NCBI GenBank assembly: GCA_000004985.1 | Contig: GG738849.1 | Direction: 5' to 3' (one strand) | DNA from: Naegleria gruberi | Lineage: Eukaryota | DNA length: 64,000 bases | Shown: piece after piece, positions 55,260 to 64,000 of the stretch | Numbering within the stretch: position 1 is the first letter of the stretch | How the letters are laid out: every line of letters begins with the position of its first letter | Translations under genes and position numbers: made by a program | The notes under the pieces: generated by a model | Seen by the model: only the letters and a program-made list of their open reading frames with translations | What the model was told of the DNA's origin: nothing | Databases searched by the model: none

Positions 55260-55623
55260 ATGGCAATTCTGTTAATATCATGTATAATTCAAAATTATTC
55301 TTCAATTTCCACCTCTCCACTTCTTCTACCCAATCAAAATATTCCGAACACTTTCCACTCTCCATTAAATTGTACATAAATTTCATAAAACTTCTCCTTG
55401 CCATAACTTCAGCATGACAATCATGAAGTAAATATCCATTATTGATATCCTTCTCAATCAAGTCATGTCCGATACATTTTGTACCTGTACCAATCGAGCA
55501 GACAATGAATTTCTTTTCTTGTGGGATTGAATTATTAGAGCAATCCACTAAAACGAGAGCTGCAAAAATTGTAAATTCACTTCCTTGTGGTTTTCCTTTT
55601 TTTGTCACTTTGTCTGAATAAAA
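55260..55623 (-). CDS. ADAT1: ADAT1-like, exon 2 (deaminase core)
   Basis: A 42-nt intron spans 55624..55665 with acceptor CTATAG. KKGKPQGSEFTIFAALVL, GTGTKCIG and the Zn-ligand motif HDCHAEVMARRSF are present. The GTATGT donor is at 55259 after TELPC. Confidence 0.7.
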
Positions 55624-55665
55624 CTATAGGTAAATAATTAATTGATAATTGTGTTTGAAACTAAC

Positions 55666-55731
55666 TTTAAAAACATGCTTCATAAGATTTCCGAAATGAT
55701 GAGTTGTACAACCGTCATTATTAAATGACAT
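55666..55731 (-). CDS. ADAT1: tRNA-specific adenosine deaminase 1 (ADAT1/Tad1-like), exon 1
   Basis: ATG at 55731..55729. MSFNNDGCTTHHFGNLMKHVFK is followed by a GTTAGT donor at 55665. Confidence 0.45.
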
Positions 55732-56074
55732 TTTTTATATTTATTATTCTTTAAGATATTATTCTCAACAACTTGTTGCAAACTATTCTTTAATATACAT
55801 CCATAATGAAAATCGATTCAATATTATCCATCACTGAAAACAATTGTATTGAGAGGAGAAACAGACAACAATAGAAGTTGTTTGCTTGAGTAAGGAGCAA
55901 TATTTAAAAATAATATCAAAAAAAAAATTGTACAGCACAATCTTCCTCCCTTTTGTATTCAAACTTTGAACAAGAGAGCATTTTGAAGATTTAAATCACT
56001 TCCGCATTAAAAATAGTATTAATATTACTAGTGTGTTATTGTTAAATAGATTACTTTGTTGCGAATACTTTAGA

Positions 56075-58254
56075 ATGGCTGACGATTTATTGGATGGAAT
56101 TGATGATCTTTTTGATGACGATGATATTTCAAACCTTTTATCCTCAACAGATAATACTACACCAAGTCAAAATATACAACAACCCACACAAACATCACAA
56201 CAAATTCCCCTACCAAGACCTTCATCCTCTGTTTTAAATCATCAACCAATCAATGTTCCTACAGTAATCACATCAAACATGAGGTCATCATCCACTACGA
56301 TCCCAATGCCTCAACAACAACAACCCTTTAATAATGCTTTTAATAATAGGAGTAGTCAACCATTTATTAATTTCCACGGAATGAATCCATCTCATAACGT
56401 TATCAATCCTAACCAAATGCATACCATGAACAAACCAACAATGACTCAACAGGAATATCTGAATTTGATGAGAAATCCAAATCAGAACTACATACCTTCA
56501 AATCCTTCTTCATCCAATAACAATAATAATTTTATGAGGATGAATTCACTCCCCCTCAACCTTCCAAACATTAATAGCAACAATAGTAATACTGCAACAC
56601 ACAATCCTTACCTCATGCAAGTGGCTAATCTCAACAAACAACAACAACTTGTCAAAAGTTTTACAACTCAACAACCACAAGGTAAATACTCCTCCTCAGC
56701 AACTGCACAAGTAGCTCCACCAAAACCATCTATTCCTCTCCATTCTGTCATTAACCAAATGGGAGGAAATCCAAAACTCCAATTTTCAACAATGGTCAAT
56801 CCACCACCTTCTTCTGCTTCTGGTAATGCAAAATTGGCTCATTCATTCTTAAATTCTATTCAACAACTCAATACACCAACAGGTGGCGTAATACCTCCTT
56901 CTTTTTTCACATCAGCCCCATCAGCCCCAATTCAGATCACTCTACCAACAAGCACAAAGGGATTTCTTGAAATTTCAGCTGGTACAAAGTTAGGAAAGAA
57001 ATGGCCTAAACTTTTGAGTGAAATTCCAAAAGTTGAGATCACTGTTGTAAATAATAGAATATGGCAATCTTTGACCTCATCTCCAAACTCTAATGCTGAA
57101 AATAATTCCATCAGATGTTATGTTCCAGATTTTGGTTCAGAGTTTGATGATTTTGATGATGATGATCTTGATGATGAAGAGGACGATATGCTATCAGACG
57201 ACGAAGAGTTCAATAATATGGATGAGGAATCCTTTGACTTGAACAAATTTAATTCTAAAACCAAAAAGAGTCAAGGTATGAAGAGAACAAGGTCTGGAGA
57301 AAGACCAAGACAAAAAAGTAATGCGTGTGTCTATTTATTTTCTCCGAATAGAGAAGCATTTGGATATATTAGTTCTCAAGAGTATAATAATTGCTTTGTT
57401 CCTCTTTCTAAACACAAAGTAATCATGATAACTGTATCTCCACTTCCAAGTACTGATAATTCAGGAAGATTTTTTGTTTCTCTCAAAGTTTATCTTGTCA
57501 AAAAAGCCCTTGTGACTGATAAGAATATTCTCGAGTCTAATAATGATTCTAATGATTCCAATAACAATATTTTGACAACAGCTGTTGATGGAATGGCTGA
57601 TGAGCAAATTAGAATCTATAATATTCGTAAAAACTTTTTGAAAAAGTTATTCGAAATTTTAGATAGAAATAATTGTTCAACAGGTGCTTCTTCCTCTTCA
57701 GATTTAACTGAATATGATTCTAGCAAAGTGAGAAAGACGAGTGAATCTGATATTAATGCTTCTAGAATTAAACAAGAGGAAGAGGATGATCTTGATGCCC
57801 TCGATGACACTGATTTGGATGAGTACATTATTCAAAAAGCACCAGCTTCCAGCTCTACAAGCAGTTCTAACTTGGATATCCAAGGTACTGATAAGAGTCT
57901 AGAGAAGCAACTCGAAGAGTTGTACGATGAGATTGAAAAAACAATTGTTGATGATGAAAATGCAGAGAATGATTTTTCTGATGAGGAGGAATCGAGTCAT
58001 CACGAAATTGAAATTCCTGACGATACACTCTTAACGGCTGATCTTAGAAGTTATCAAAAGACTGCTGTGAAATGGATGCTTAAACGTGAAAGAATTGGAG
58101 AAGATAAAGTCAAAACCACACCCAAGTTACACTCCCTTTATCAAGAAAGAAAATTCCCAGACGGAACAGCATTTTACTTTAATCCTCTTAATGGTATTAT
58201 AACATTGACATTTGTTCCTGCTCCACCTGAACCAAAGGGTGGTATTCTTGCTGA
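56075..58254 (+). CDS. SNF2-family DNA-dependent ATPase (Rad5/Rad16/Ris1-like subfamily), exon 1
   Basis: ATG at 56075 (MADDLLDG). A long N/Q/S-rich low-complexity N-terminus and acidic stretches are present. The exon ends ...LRSYQKTAVKWMLKRE...GGILA-D. The GTAAGT donor is at 58255. Confidence 0.7.
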
Positions 58255-58302
58255 GTAAGTTTTTATTTTCGAATACTGGTTACTAATTTAATAATTTTTT
58301 AG

Positions 58303-60151
58303 TGAAATGGGTCTTGGTAAGACTGTAGAAGTAATTGGCTTGATTGCCTCCAATAGAATGAAAGGAAAAAAGAATACACAAAAAGTTGGTGACAAGTATC
58401 AATCTCCTGCTACTTTGGTTGTAACTCCATTGACTATTGTTGACCAGTGGAAGCAAGAAATTGAAAAGCACACAAACAATCAACTCAGTGTATACGTTTA
58501 TCAAGGTAGTAGGCGTATCAGAGATGCACCAACACTTCTCAAATATGATGTAATTATTACCACATACAACACACTTAGTTTCGAGTTTAGTCAAACTTAT
58601 ACACCAGCAAAAGAAAGGTCCAACGCAAAAAAGAAACAAACGAAGGATACATCAATGCAGCAACCTAGTCCAATATACAAGATGAAATTTTTCAGAGTTG
58701 TTCTCGATGAAGCTCACAATATTAAAAATAGAAAGTCTCTTCAGGCCAGGGCTACAGCAGCTGTTGATGCAGAAAGAAGATGGGCAGTCACCGGTACACC
58801 AATTCAAAATCATATTGATGACTTATTCTCACTATTCCACTTCTTGAAAGTTAATCCACATGGAGATTGGAGATGGTGGTCAAGGTTTATTGGCAAACCA
58901 TTCGAAAAGAAGGATAAGAAGGCTATTGACGCTCTTCAATCTGTTATCAAGAAGTTGGTCATTCGTAGAACAAAGAATAAGAAGATTAATGGTAAAAGAA
59001 TTGTCATGTTGCCACCAAAGAGAATCGAGACAGTCAATATACAATTTACTGAGGCAGAGAGTAATTTTTACAAATCTCTCTACGAGTACAGCAAGGGTAA
59101 ATTTAACGAGTTTGTTAGAAGTGGAACTGTTCTTAAAAATTATGCAAACATTTTGGAAATGCTTTTGCACTTGAGACAGGTTTGCAACCATCCAGCTCTC
59201 ATCATTACAAGTTTCCAGAAGAAATCTGAAAAATCAACCATGAATGGCTTCTTGGAAAGTTTTGAACAAAAGAATGCCTTTGAAGTATATGATTCTATTT
59301 TACCAATGTTACCTCAAGTTTTAAAACTTAATAAGGAAAAGAACAAACCAAAACAAAATTTGGAAGATGGCATGATTTCCTCTCAACTCAAAGCTATTAA
59401 TGTTACTAAATATATGAGGACTAATTGGAGATCGAGTAGTAAGATTGGAGCTCTTATAGAAAAATTGAGAGTTTTAGAGTTGGGAACTAAATCAGTTGTG
59501 TTCTCACAGTGGACATCCATGTTGGACTTGGTAGAAGTAGCTCTCGAAAAATCTAACATTAAATTCGTCAGACTTGATGGTAAAATGCAAAGAAAAGACA
59601 GAGATGATGCAGTACAAAAATTCAAATTTGATCCTCATATTCAAGTTTGTCTTATTTCCCTCAAGGTTGGTGGTACAGGGTTGAACTTGGTTTGGGCTAC
59701 ACATGTATTTTTATTAGATCCATGGTGGAATCCTGCTATTGAAGAGCAAGCCATTGATAGAGTTCACCGTATTGGTCAAGATAAGCCTGTTACTGTTTTC
59801 AGATTCGTTGTAAAGGATTCAGTTGAAGAACGTATTTTGAGTTTACAAAAGAGTAAGACTAAAATTGCCAATGAAGCGCTCAATCTTGGTGGAAGTGATG
59901 ACGAGGAAGAAGAAAATTATACAACCTATACAACATCATTCTTGGGTGGCTCATTTGGTGGTGGTGCTTTGAAGAGCAAGTCATATGACTCTGATGAAGA
60001 ATATGAGGATGACGATGAAGACGAATTCAATGAAGTAACTGTAGATGACTTGGAGGATGAAGAATCAGGATCTGGTGGTGCCATGTTTGGCCATACCAAG
60101 AAGGATGCTCAAAAAATACGTATCAAGGATTTGTCTACAATCTTTGTTTAA
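58303..60151 (+). CDS. SNF2-family ATPase, exon 2 (helicase motifs I-VI)
   Basis: A 48-nt intron spans 58255..58302. The splice restores GGILADEMGLGKT. Motifs present are DEAHNIKN (II), TGTPIQN, LRQVCNHP, the HELICc region LDPWWNPAIEEQAIDRVHRIGQ, and an acidic C-tail. No Cys-rich RING insert is present. Confidence 0.75.
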
Positions 60152-60242
60152 TAAAACAAGAATTATTGTCTACAATCTCTTTAATTCTAATAAATGTGAA
60201 CTGAATGACACAAAAGAGGAAACATAAAATTATGATAAAAAA

Positions 60243-61091
60243 ATGAGTCAACAGCCTTTTTTCCAGAAGGTTACACAGGCAAGAAAGAGCAAGTCTTCTG
60301 TTCCGAATACATCTACAAGCTTTTTTTCCACTTTAAATGCAACACTCCAAAACGATACAAGCGATAGGGATTTTTTGAATTATTTTAGTCTGAGTGAAGA
60401 GGATCACCAGAGAAGTGATGAAGCCCTTGGTCTTCGTACACAACATGATCCAGAAGCTAGTACACCATTAGCACCAGAAGATGATGAGGATGAACCTGTG
60501 GGGGATGAGGAAAACTCTCCAATATCACAACCAACACCTAGGACAAGACCTAGGCATCCAAACTATGGAATGAAAACAGTGAGGCAAACTTCTGCCTCTT
60601 CATCAAATAATCCAAATGAAAAACGAAAAAGAAAGCAAAGGTGGCTTCAAGAAATTCGAAAATATCAAAAATCAACTAGGAATCTCATTCCAAGGGCATC
60701 TTTAATTAGATTAATCAAACAAGTTACTGCCGAATTATCTGAGAAAATTCCATACATTAGACAGCTTGCTGGTGAAGGTGCAATTCGATGGAGAAAGGAT
60801 GCTCTTGCTGCTCTCCATTCAGCAGCAGAAGATTTTTTACATGAATTTTTAACACTTTCTAACTATGCCACATTGCATGCCAAAAGAGTTACACTCATGG
60901 GTAGGGATTTAAAGCTTGTACAAAATATTAATAGGGAACACAATAGACATAGTAACAATGCTGGAGGAAAGAAACAAGCGTCATTTCAAGAAAGACCAGC
61001 AAGGAAGAGAAAGGATCCCAAGCGTAAGGACCTTTCAGAGTCAGTCCCAGAAAATAGTGATGATTCTATGAGAGATGAAGAGTCCTCATAA
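60243..61091 (+). CDS. Histone H3 variant, CenH3/CENP-A-like (divergent long N-tail, extended loop 1, C-terminal extension)
   Basis: The histone-fold block is EIRKYQKSTRNLIPRASLIRLIKQVTAEL...ALHSAAEDFLHEFLTLSNYATLHAKRVTLMGRDLKLVQNINRE, against H3 [29 protein letters not shown]...[36 protein letters not shown]. The N-tail is about 150 aa with no H3 similarity. Confidence 0.65.
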   Translation: MSQQPFFQKVTQARKSKSSVPNTSTSFFSTLNATLQNDTSDRDFLNYFSLSEEDHQRSDEALGLRTQHDPEASTPLAPEDDEDEPVGDEENSPISQPTPRTRPRHPNYGMKTVRQTSASSSNNPNEKRKRKQRWLQEIRKYQKSTRNLIPRASLIRLIKQVTAELSEKIPYIRQLAGEGAIRWRKDALAALHSAAEDFLHEFLTLSNYATLHAKRVTLMGRDLKLVQNINREHNRHSNNAGGKKQASFQERPARKRKDPKRKDLSESVPENSDDSMRDEESS

Positions 61092-61230
61092 TTTCAAATC
61101 ACTTTGTAAATAGCCTTTAACTGTAACAATATCAAAAATTGTAAAATATGTTCATGTATGTGATCGAATTTTAATACCCGCCATTTTTTCTTCACTTCCA
61201 GTGTTTGTTCGAAATGCTAAATTAAAAAAA

Positions 61231-62326
61231 ATGTCTGAACACTGCTCACTTTCGGAACAACTTGCGACCATACTAGTGCTACGAGAGGAAAATTTACTCT
61301 CTGAACCAAAACGAACGGACACTGTGGAAGTAACAATACCCGATTATTTTTCAAAACATTATAATAGAGTTTTAAGAGATCCTCTGGGGGAGTATCGTTC
61401 TCTGATTGAAGTACAATCGGTTGAAGAGGCTAATAGTTTTATAACATTTTCTAAACAAATCTTTAATCAAGTCTCTGTGGAGAATAATATAGTAGAACCA
61501 TCAAATTATAAATTAATATCAAAATCAGAAATCACAAGACAGTCACCACTTCTCCAAGCGTTAATGGTGAAAAGACAACACGAATATATTGCACCAAAAA
61601 TTGTAAATGTACCTTCATCTGTTGTTCGATCAACAACTCCGAGCTTTGAAAATGTAAATAGTAATAATTCAGTTGTACAGCAACAACAAATAGGAAGGAA
61701 GCCTATTCGATCATCTCACAACAACAAGTCTTCTGATGTTATGGTCATTGATGATGACGAGGAAAAACAACCAAAAAGTTCCTTCGTGACAGCTAAACAA
61801 TTAGTGAAGAAAAACAAGGGTAGTAATAGTAAGGATATTATGTCTGATGATGAAAATGAAGAGGAAACAATCAAGAAAAAGACATTGAGCGACATTAAAA
61901 ATCCAACCTCTAACTATCATCCAGTCACTTCATTGACAAGAAATTGTGGAGAAAATACAGGTGGAACGAAAAGGAAAAAGTTTGTGCCACCTTTGAAAGA
62001 TAATGGCAATAATAATAGTAATAATAATAATAATTCGAGTTCAAATTCAGGAGAAAAGCCTGCAAAAAAGAAAAAGAAAGGTGCTGATGATGAAAAGGCT
62101 CCTGATTTATCTAAATTATTTGAGGATGGTGAAATACCAGAGGAGTTGTCACATCTAGATCCTAAATTGATTGAGACAATTTCTAATGAAATTTTGGAAT
62201 CTAAAGTATCTGTAACTTGGGATGATATTGCTGGTTTGGCCTATGCAAAGAAATCAGTGCAGGAGGCTGTTATTTGGCCCCTAATGAGACCAGATTTATT
62301 TACAGGATTAAGAAAGCCTCCAAAGG
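61231..62326 (+). CDS. Meiotic-clade AAA ATPase (katanin p60 / fidgetin-like), exon 1
   Basis: ATG at 61231 (MSEHCS). The N-terminus is non-conserved with a poly-N/S run. The exon ends WDDIAGLAYAKKSVQEAVIWPLMRPDLFTGLRKPPKG. The GTAAGT donor is at 62327. Confidence 0.65.
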
Positions 62327-62383
62327 GTAAGTTATAATTTCTGTTTAAAATATTCAAATTTATTTAAAATATTAATGAAATAG

Positions 62384-63147
62384 GACTTTTATTATTTGGA
62401 CCACCTGGTACTGGTAAGACACTGATTGGTAAGGCTATTGCTCATGAGAGTGGATCAACCTTCTTTTCCATTTCTGCATCCAGTTTAACCAGTAAATGGG
62501 TTGGTGAAGGTGAAAAATTGGTGAAAACACTATTTTCTCTGGCTAGATATTTCCAACCTTCTGTTGTTTTTATTGATGAAATTGACAGTTTACTTTCTCA
62601 AAGAAGTGATGGAGATGCTGACAATGGATCTAGAAGACTCAAAACAGAATTTTTAGTTCAATTGGATGGTGCTTCTACAAATGATGACCAAGATAGAATT
62701 TTGATTGTGGGTGCAACCAATAGACCAGAAGAAATTGACGAAGCTGTCAGAAGAAGAATGGGCAAGAGATTGTACATTCCTCTTCCATCTAAGGAGGGTA
62801 GAAAGGAAATGTTTTTGAGACTTCTCGCCAAGAATCCTAATACACTCTCTGATGAAGAAATGGAAAAGTTAGTAGAACTCACTGATGGTTATTCGGGTTC
62901 TGATATCAAAAATCTTTGTGCTGAAGCTTCTATGTTCTCAGTTAGAGATCTTGGATCATTTATTAAGCATGCGTCAGCTGATCAATTGAGGCCAATTGAG
63001 TTTAAGGATTGTAGATCAGCCCTTAAATCAATTCGTCCTTCTGTAGCACAAAGTGATCTAGATAGATATATTGAATGGAATAGAACATTTGGTTCTTTTG
63101 ATTTTGATGAGAAGGAACAAGAAGAGTCATCAGCAAAAAGTGATTAA
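62384..63147 (+). CDS. Meiotic-clade AAA ATPase, exon 2
   Basis: A 57-nt intron spans 62327..62383. [12 protein letters not shown] (Walker A), VVFIDEIDS (Walker B), [14 protein letters not shown] and KRLYIPLP (katanin/fidgetin hallmark) are present. Confidence 0.7.
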
Positions 63148-63483
63148 AATTTTTATTGTGTATTCTTCATCTTAATCAATTAGCTACTCCAGATAATTTA
63201 ACAAAACTCGATGTCTGTCGATATTGAACTAGGTGAAAGGAATCCGAAACTTAAAATCACTTAATACCAACATTGGGGACAGAAAACTTTGTTATCCTTG
63301 ACTTGTTTTGCAAAACTCTGTTATTGATAGTTGAAGAATCCAATAAATCCAAGAAAACACTTTTCTTTGTTAATGCTAAAATATATTTCTGAATTTTTCA
63401 GATTTAACATTTCACCGATTCTTGTGATATTTTTCACATCATGCTGTTTTCCATAGTTCTTTGAAGGTTCCATTCTCATCAGA

Positions 63484-63990
63484 TTATAATAAATACTTTT
63501 TGAAATATTTCAATTTGCCATCACCATTGAAATAACATTCATAACAATGAGTCATAATATATGGTTTTCCAACATTGGTTGGACACTCTTCAATTAATCT
63601 CATTTCAACTTCTACTCCATATCCGAACCAATTGGGTTTAGTTTTGAATTTAGGTTCGAGTGTTGAAAGTGGATTATCCTTCCTAAAATTTTCGATACCT
63701 TGTTTAAAAACAATTTGTTCTGCCATTTGATGAGAGATGCGACTTCTACCTGCAGTTGAGAAATCAGACCAATCTTGTTTATCGTATTTTTCTAATTGTG
63801 ATTGCAGGAACGTTTCACATTCTAATTTAATTTTATCATCATGAGAGAGTGAATCGGCTGCTTTATCCGAATTATTTACACCAGTACTTGTTGATTCTGT
63901 GGCAGTCTGTGAAGATGTTGTTGATGGATCTTTTGTATCCTTTGAATTATTGGTTTGTTGTTGAAGCATTTTTTTATTGAAAATAGTCAA
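63484..63990 (-). CDS. Hypothetical 168-aa protein (Ser/Thr-rich N-terminus, C-terminal Cys/His cluster)
   Basis: Complete ORF. I recognise no motif. The C-terminus contains ECPTNVGKPYIMTHCYECYF. Confidence 0.35.
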   Translation of the reverse strand: MTIFNKKMLQQQTNNSKDTKDPSTTSSQTATESTSTGVNNSDKAADSLSHDDKIKLECETFLQSQLEKYDKQDWSDFSTAGRSRISHQMAEQIVFKQGIENFRKDNPLSTLEPKFKTKPNWFGYGVEVEMRLIEECPTNVGKPYIMTHCYECYFNGDGKLKYFKKYLL

Positions 63991-64000
63991 ACAGTCATAA

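Noticed and set aside
1-64000. Ciliate-type or other alternative nuclear genetic code
   Set aside because: TAA, TAG and TGA all terminate recognisable conserved proteins at the expected positions. Examples are PSMA7, PCNA, DPM1 and the NHE. No in-frame stops lie inside conserved blocks apart from those explained by introns.
1-64000. CRISPR arrays, prokaryotic defence islands, insertion sequences or transposons
   Set aside because: No direct-repeat/spacer arrays, no terminal inverted repeats and no transposase- or integrase-like ORFs were seen. The gene content and the spliceosomal introns are eukaryotic.

Overview
This is an AT-rich, gene-dense eukaryotic nuclear segment of about 35 protein-coding genes on both strands plus three tRNA genes. 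It is not prokaryotic: there is no CRISPR array, and I recognised no prokaryotic defence system and no mobile element. Introns are few and very short (36-86 nt, three of them exactly 42 nt). They have GTAAGT, GTATGT or GTAGGT donors and YAG acceptors, and they cluster at gene 5' ends. Many genes are long single exons: the ATG2-like gene is 6.3 kb, DDB1 exon 3 is 3.1 kb and MON2 exon 4 is 4.1 kb. The standard genetic code applies, because TAA, TAG and TGA all terminate recognisable conserved proteins. Proteins contain N/Q/D/E homopolymer runs, which suggests an amoebozoan or dictyostelid-like or other intron-poor protist or early-diverging fungus-like organism; the species cannot be determined from the sequence alone.

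Confidently recognised genes, by conserved motifs, are: an SMYD-like SET/MYND protein, a CLC chloride channel, a histidine acid phosphatase, a cytochrome b5/b5-reductase fusion, a DTW-domain protein, a DExD (DECD) RNA helicase, ribosomal protein P1, DDB1, a START-domain protein, an APH/choline-kinase-like kinase, a Na+/H+ exchanger, proteasome alpha-7, MON2, DPM1, a mitochondrial-type CDF transporter, ATG2, PCNA, ADAT1 (Tad1-like), a Rad5/Rad16-like SNF2 ATPase, a CenH3-like histone H3 variant and a katanin/fidgetin-clade AAA ATPase.

The most unusual items are: (1) a protein that fuses seven DnaJ-type CxxCxGxG zinc-finger modules to a mono-ART PARP-like catalytic domain in which the NAD-binding His appears to be replaced; (2) an ADAT1 gene with an unexplained reading-frame discontinuity; (3) a CenH3-like histone with an expanded loop 1 and a C-terminal tail; (4) a multi-C2/IQ protein whose two resolved introns are both 42 nt and carry in-frame stops (42 nt recurs in ADAT1 intron 1); (5) convergent genes whose stop codons lie 3 bp apart; and (6) tRNA genes whose acceptor stems are rich in G-U pairs. 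All coordinates and exon models are manual readings of the sequence and should be checked with splice-aware alignment and tRNAscan-SE.
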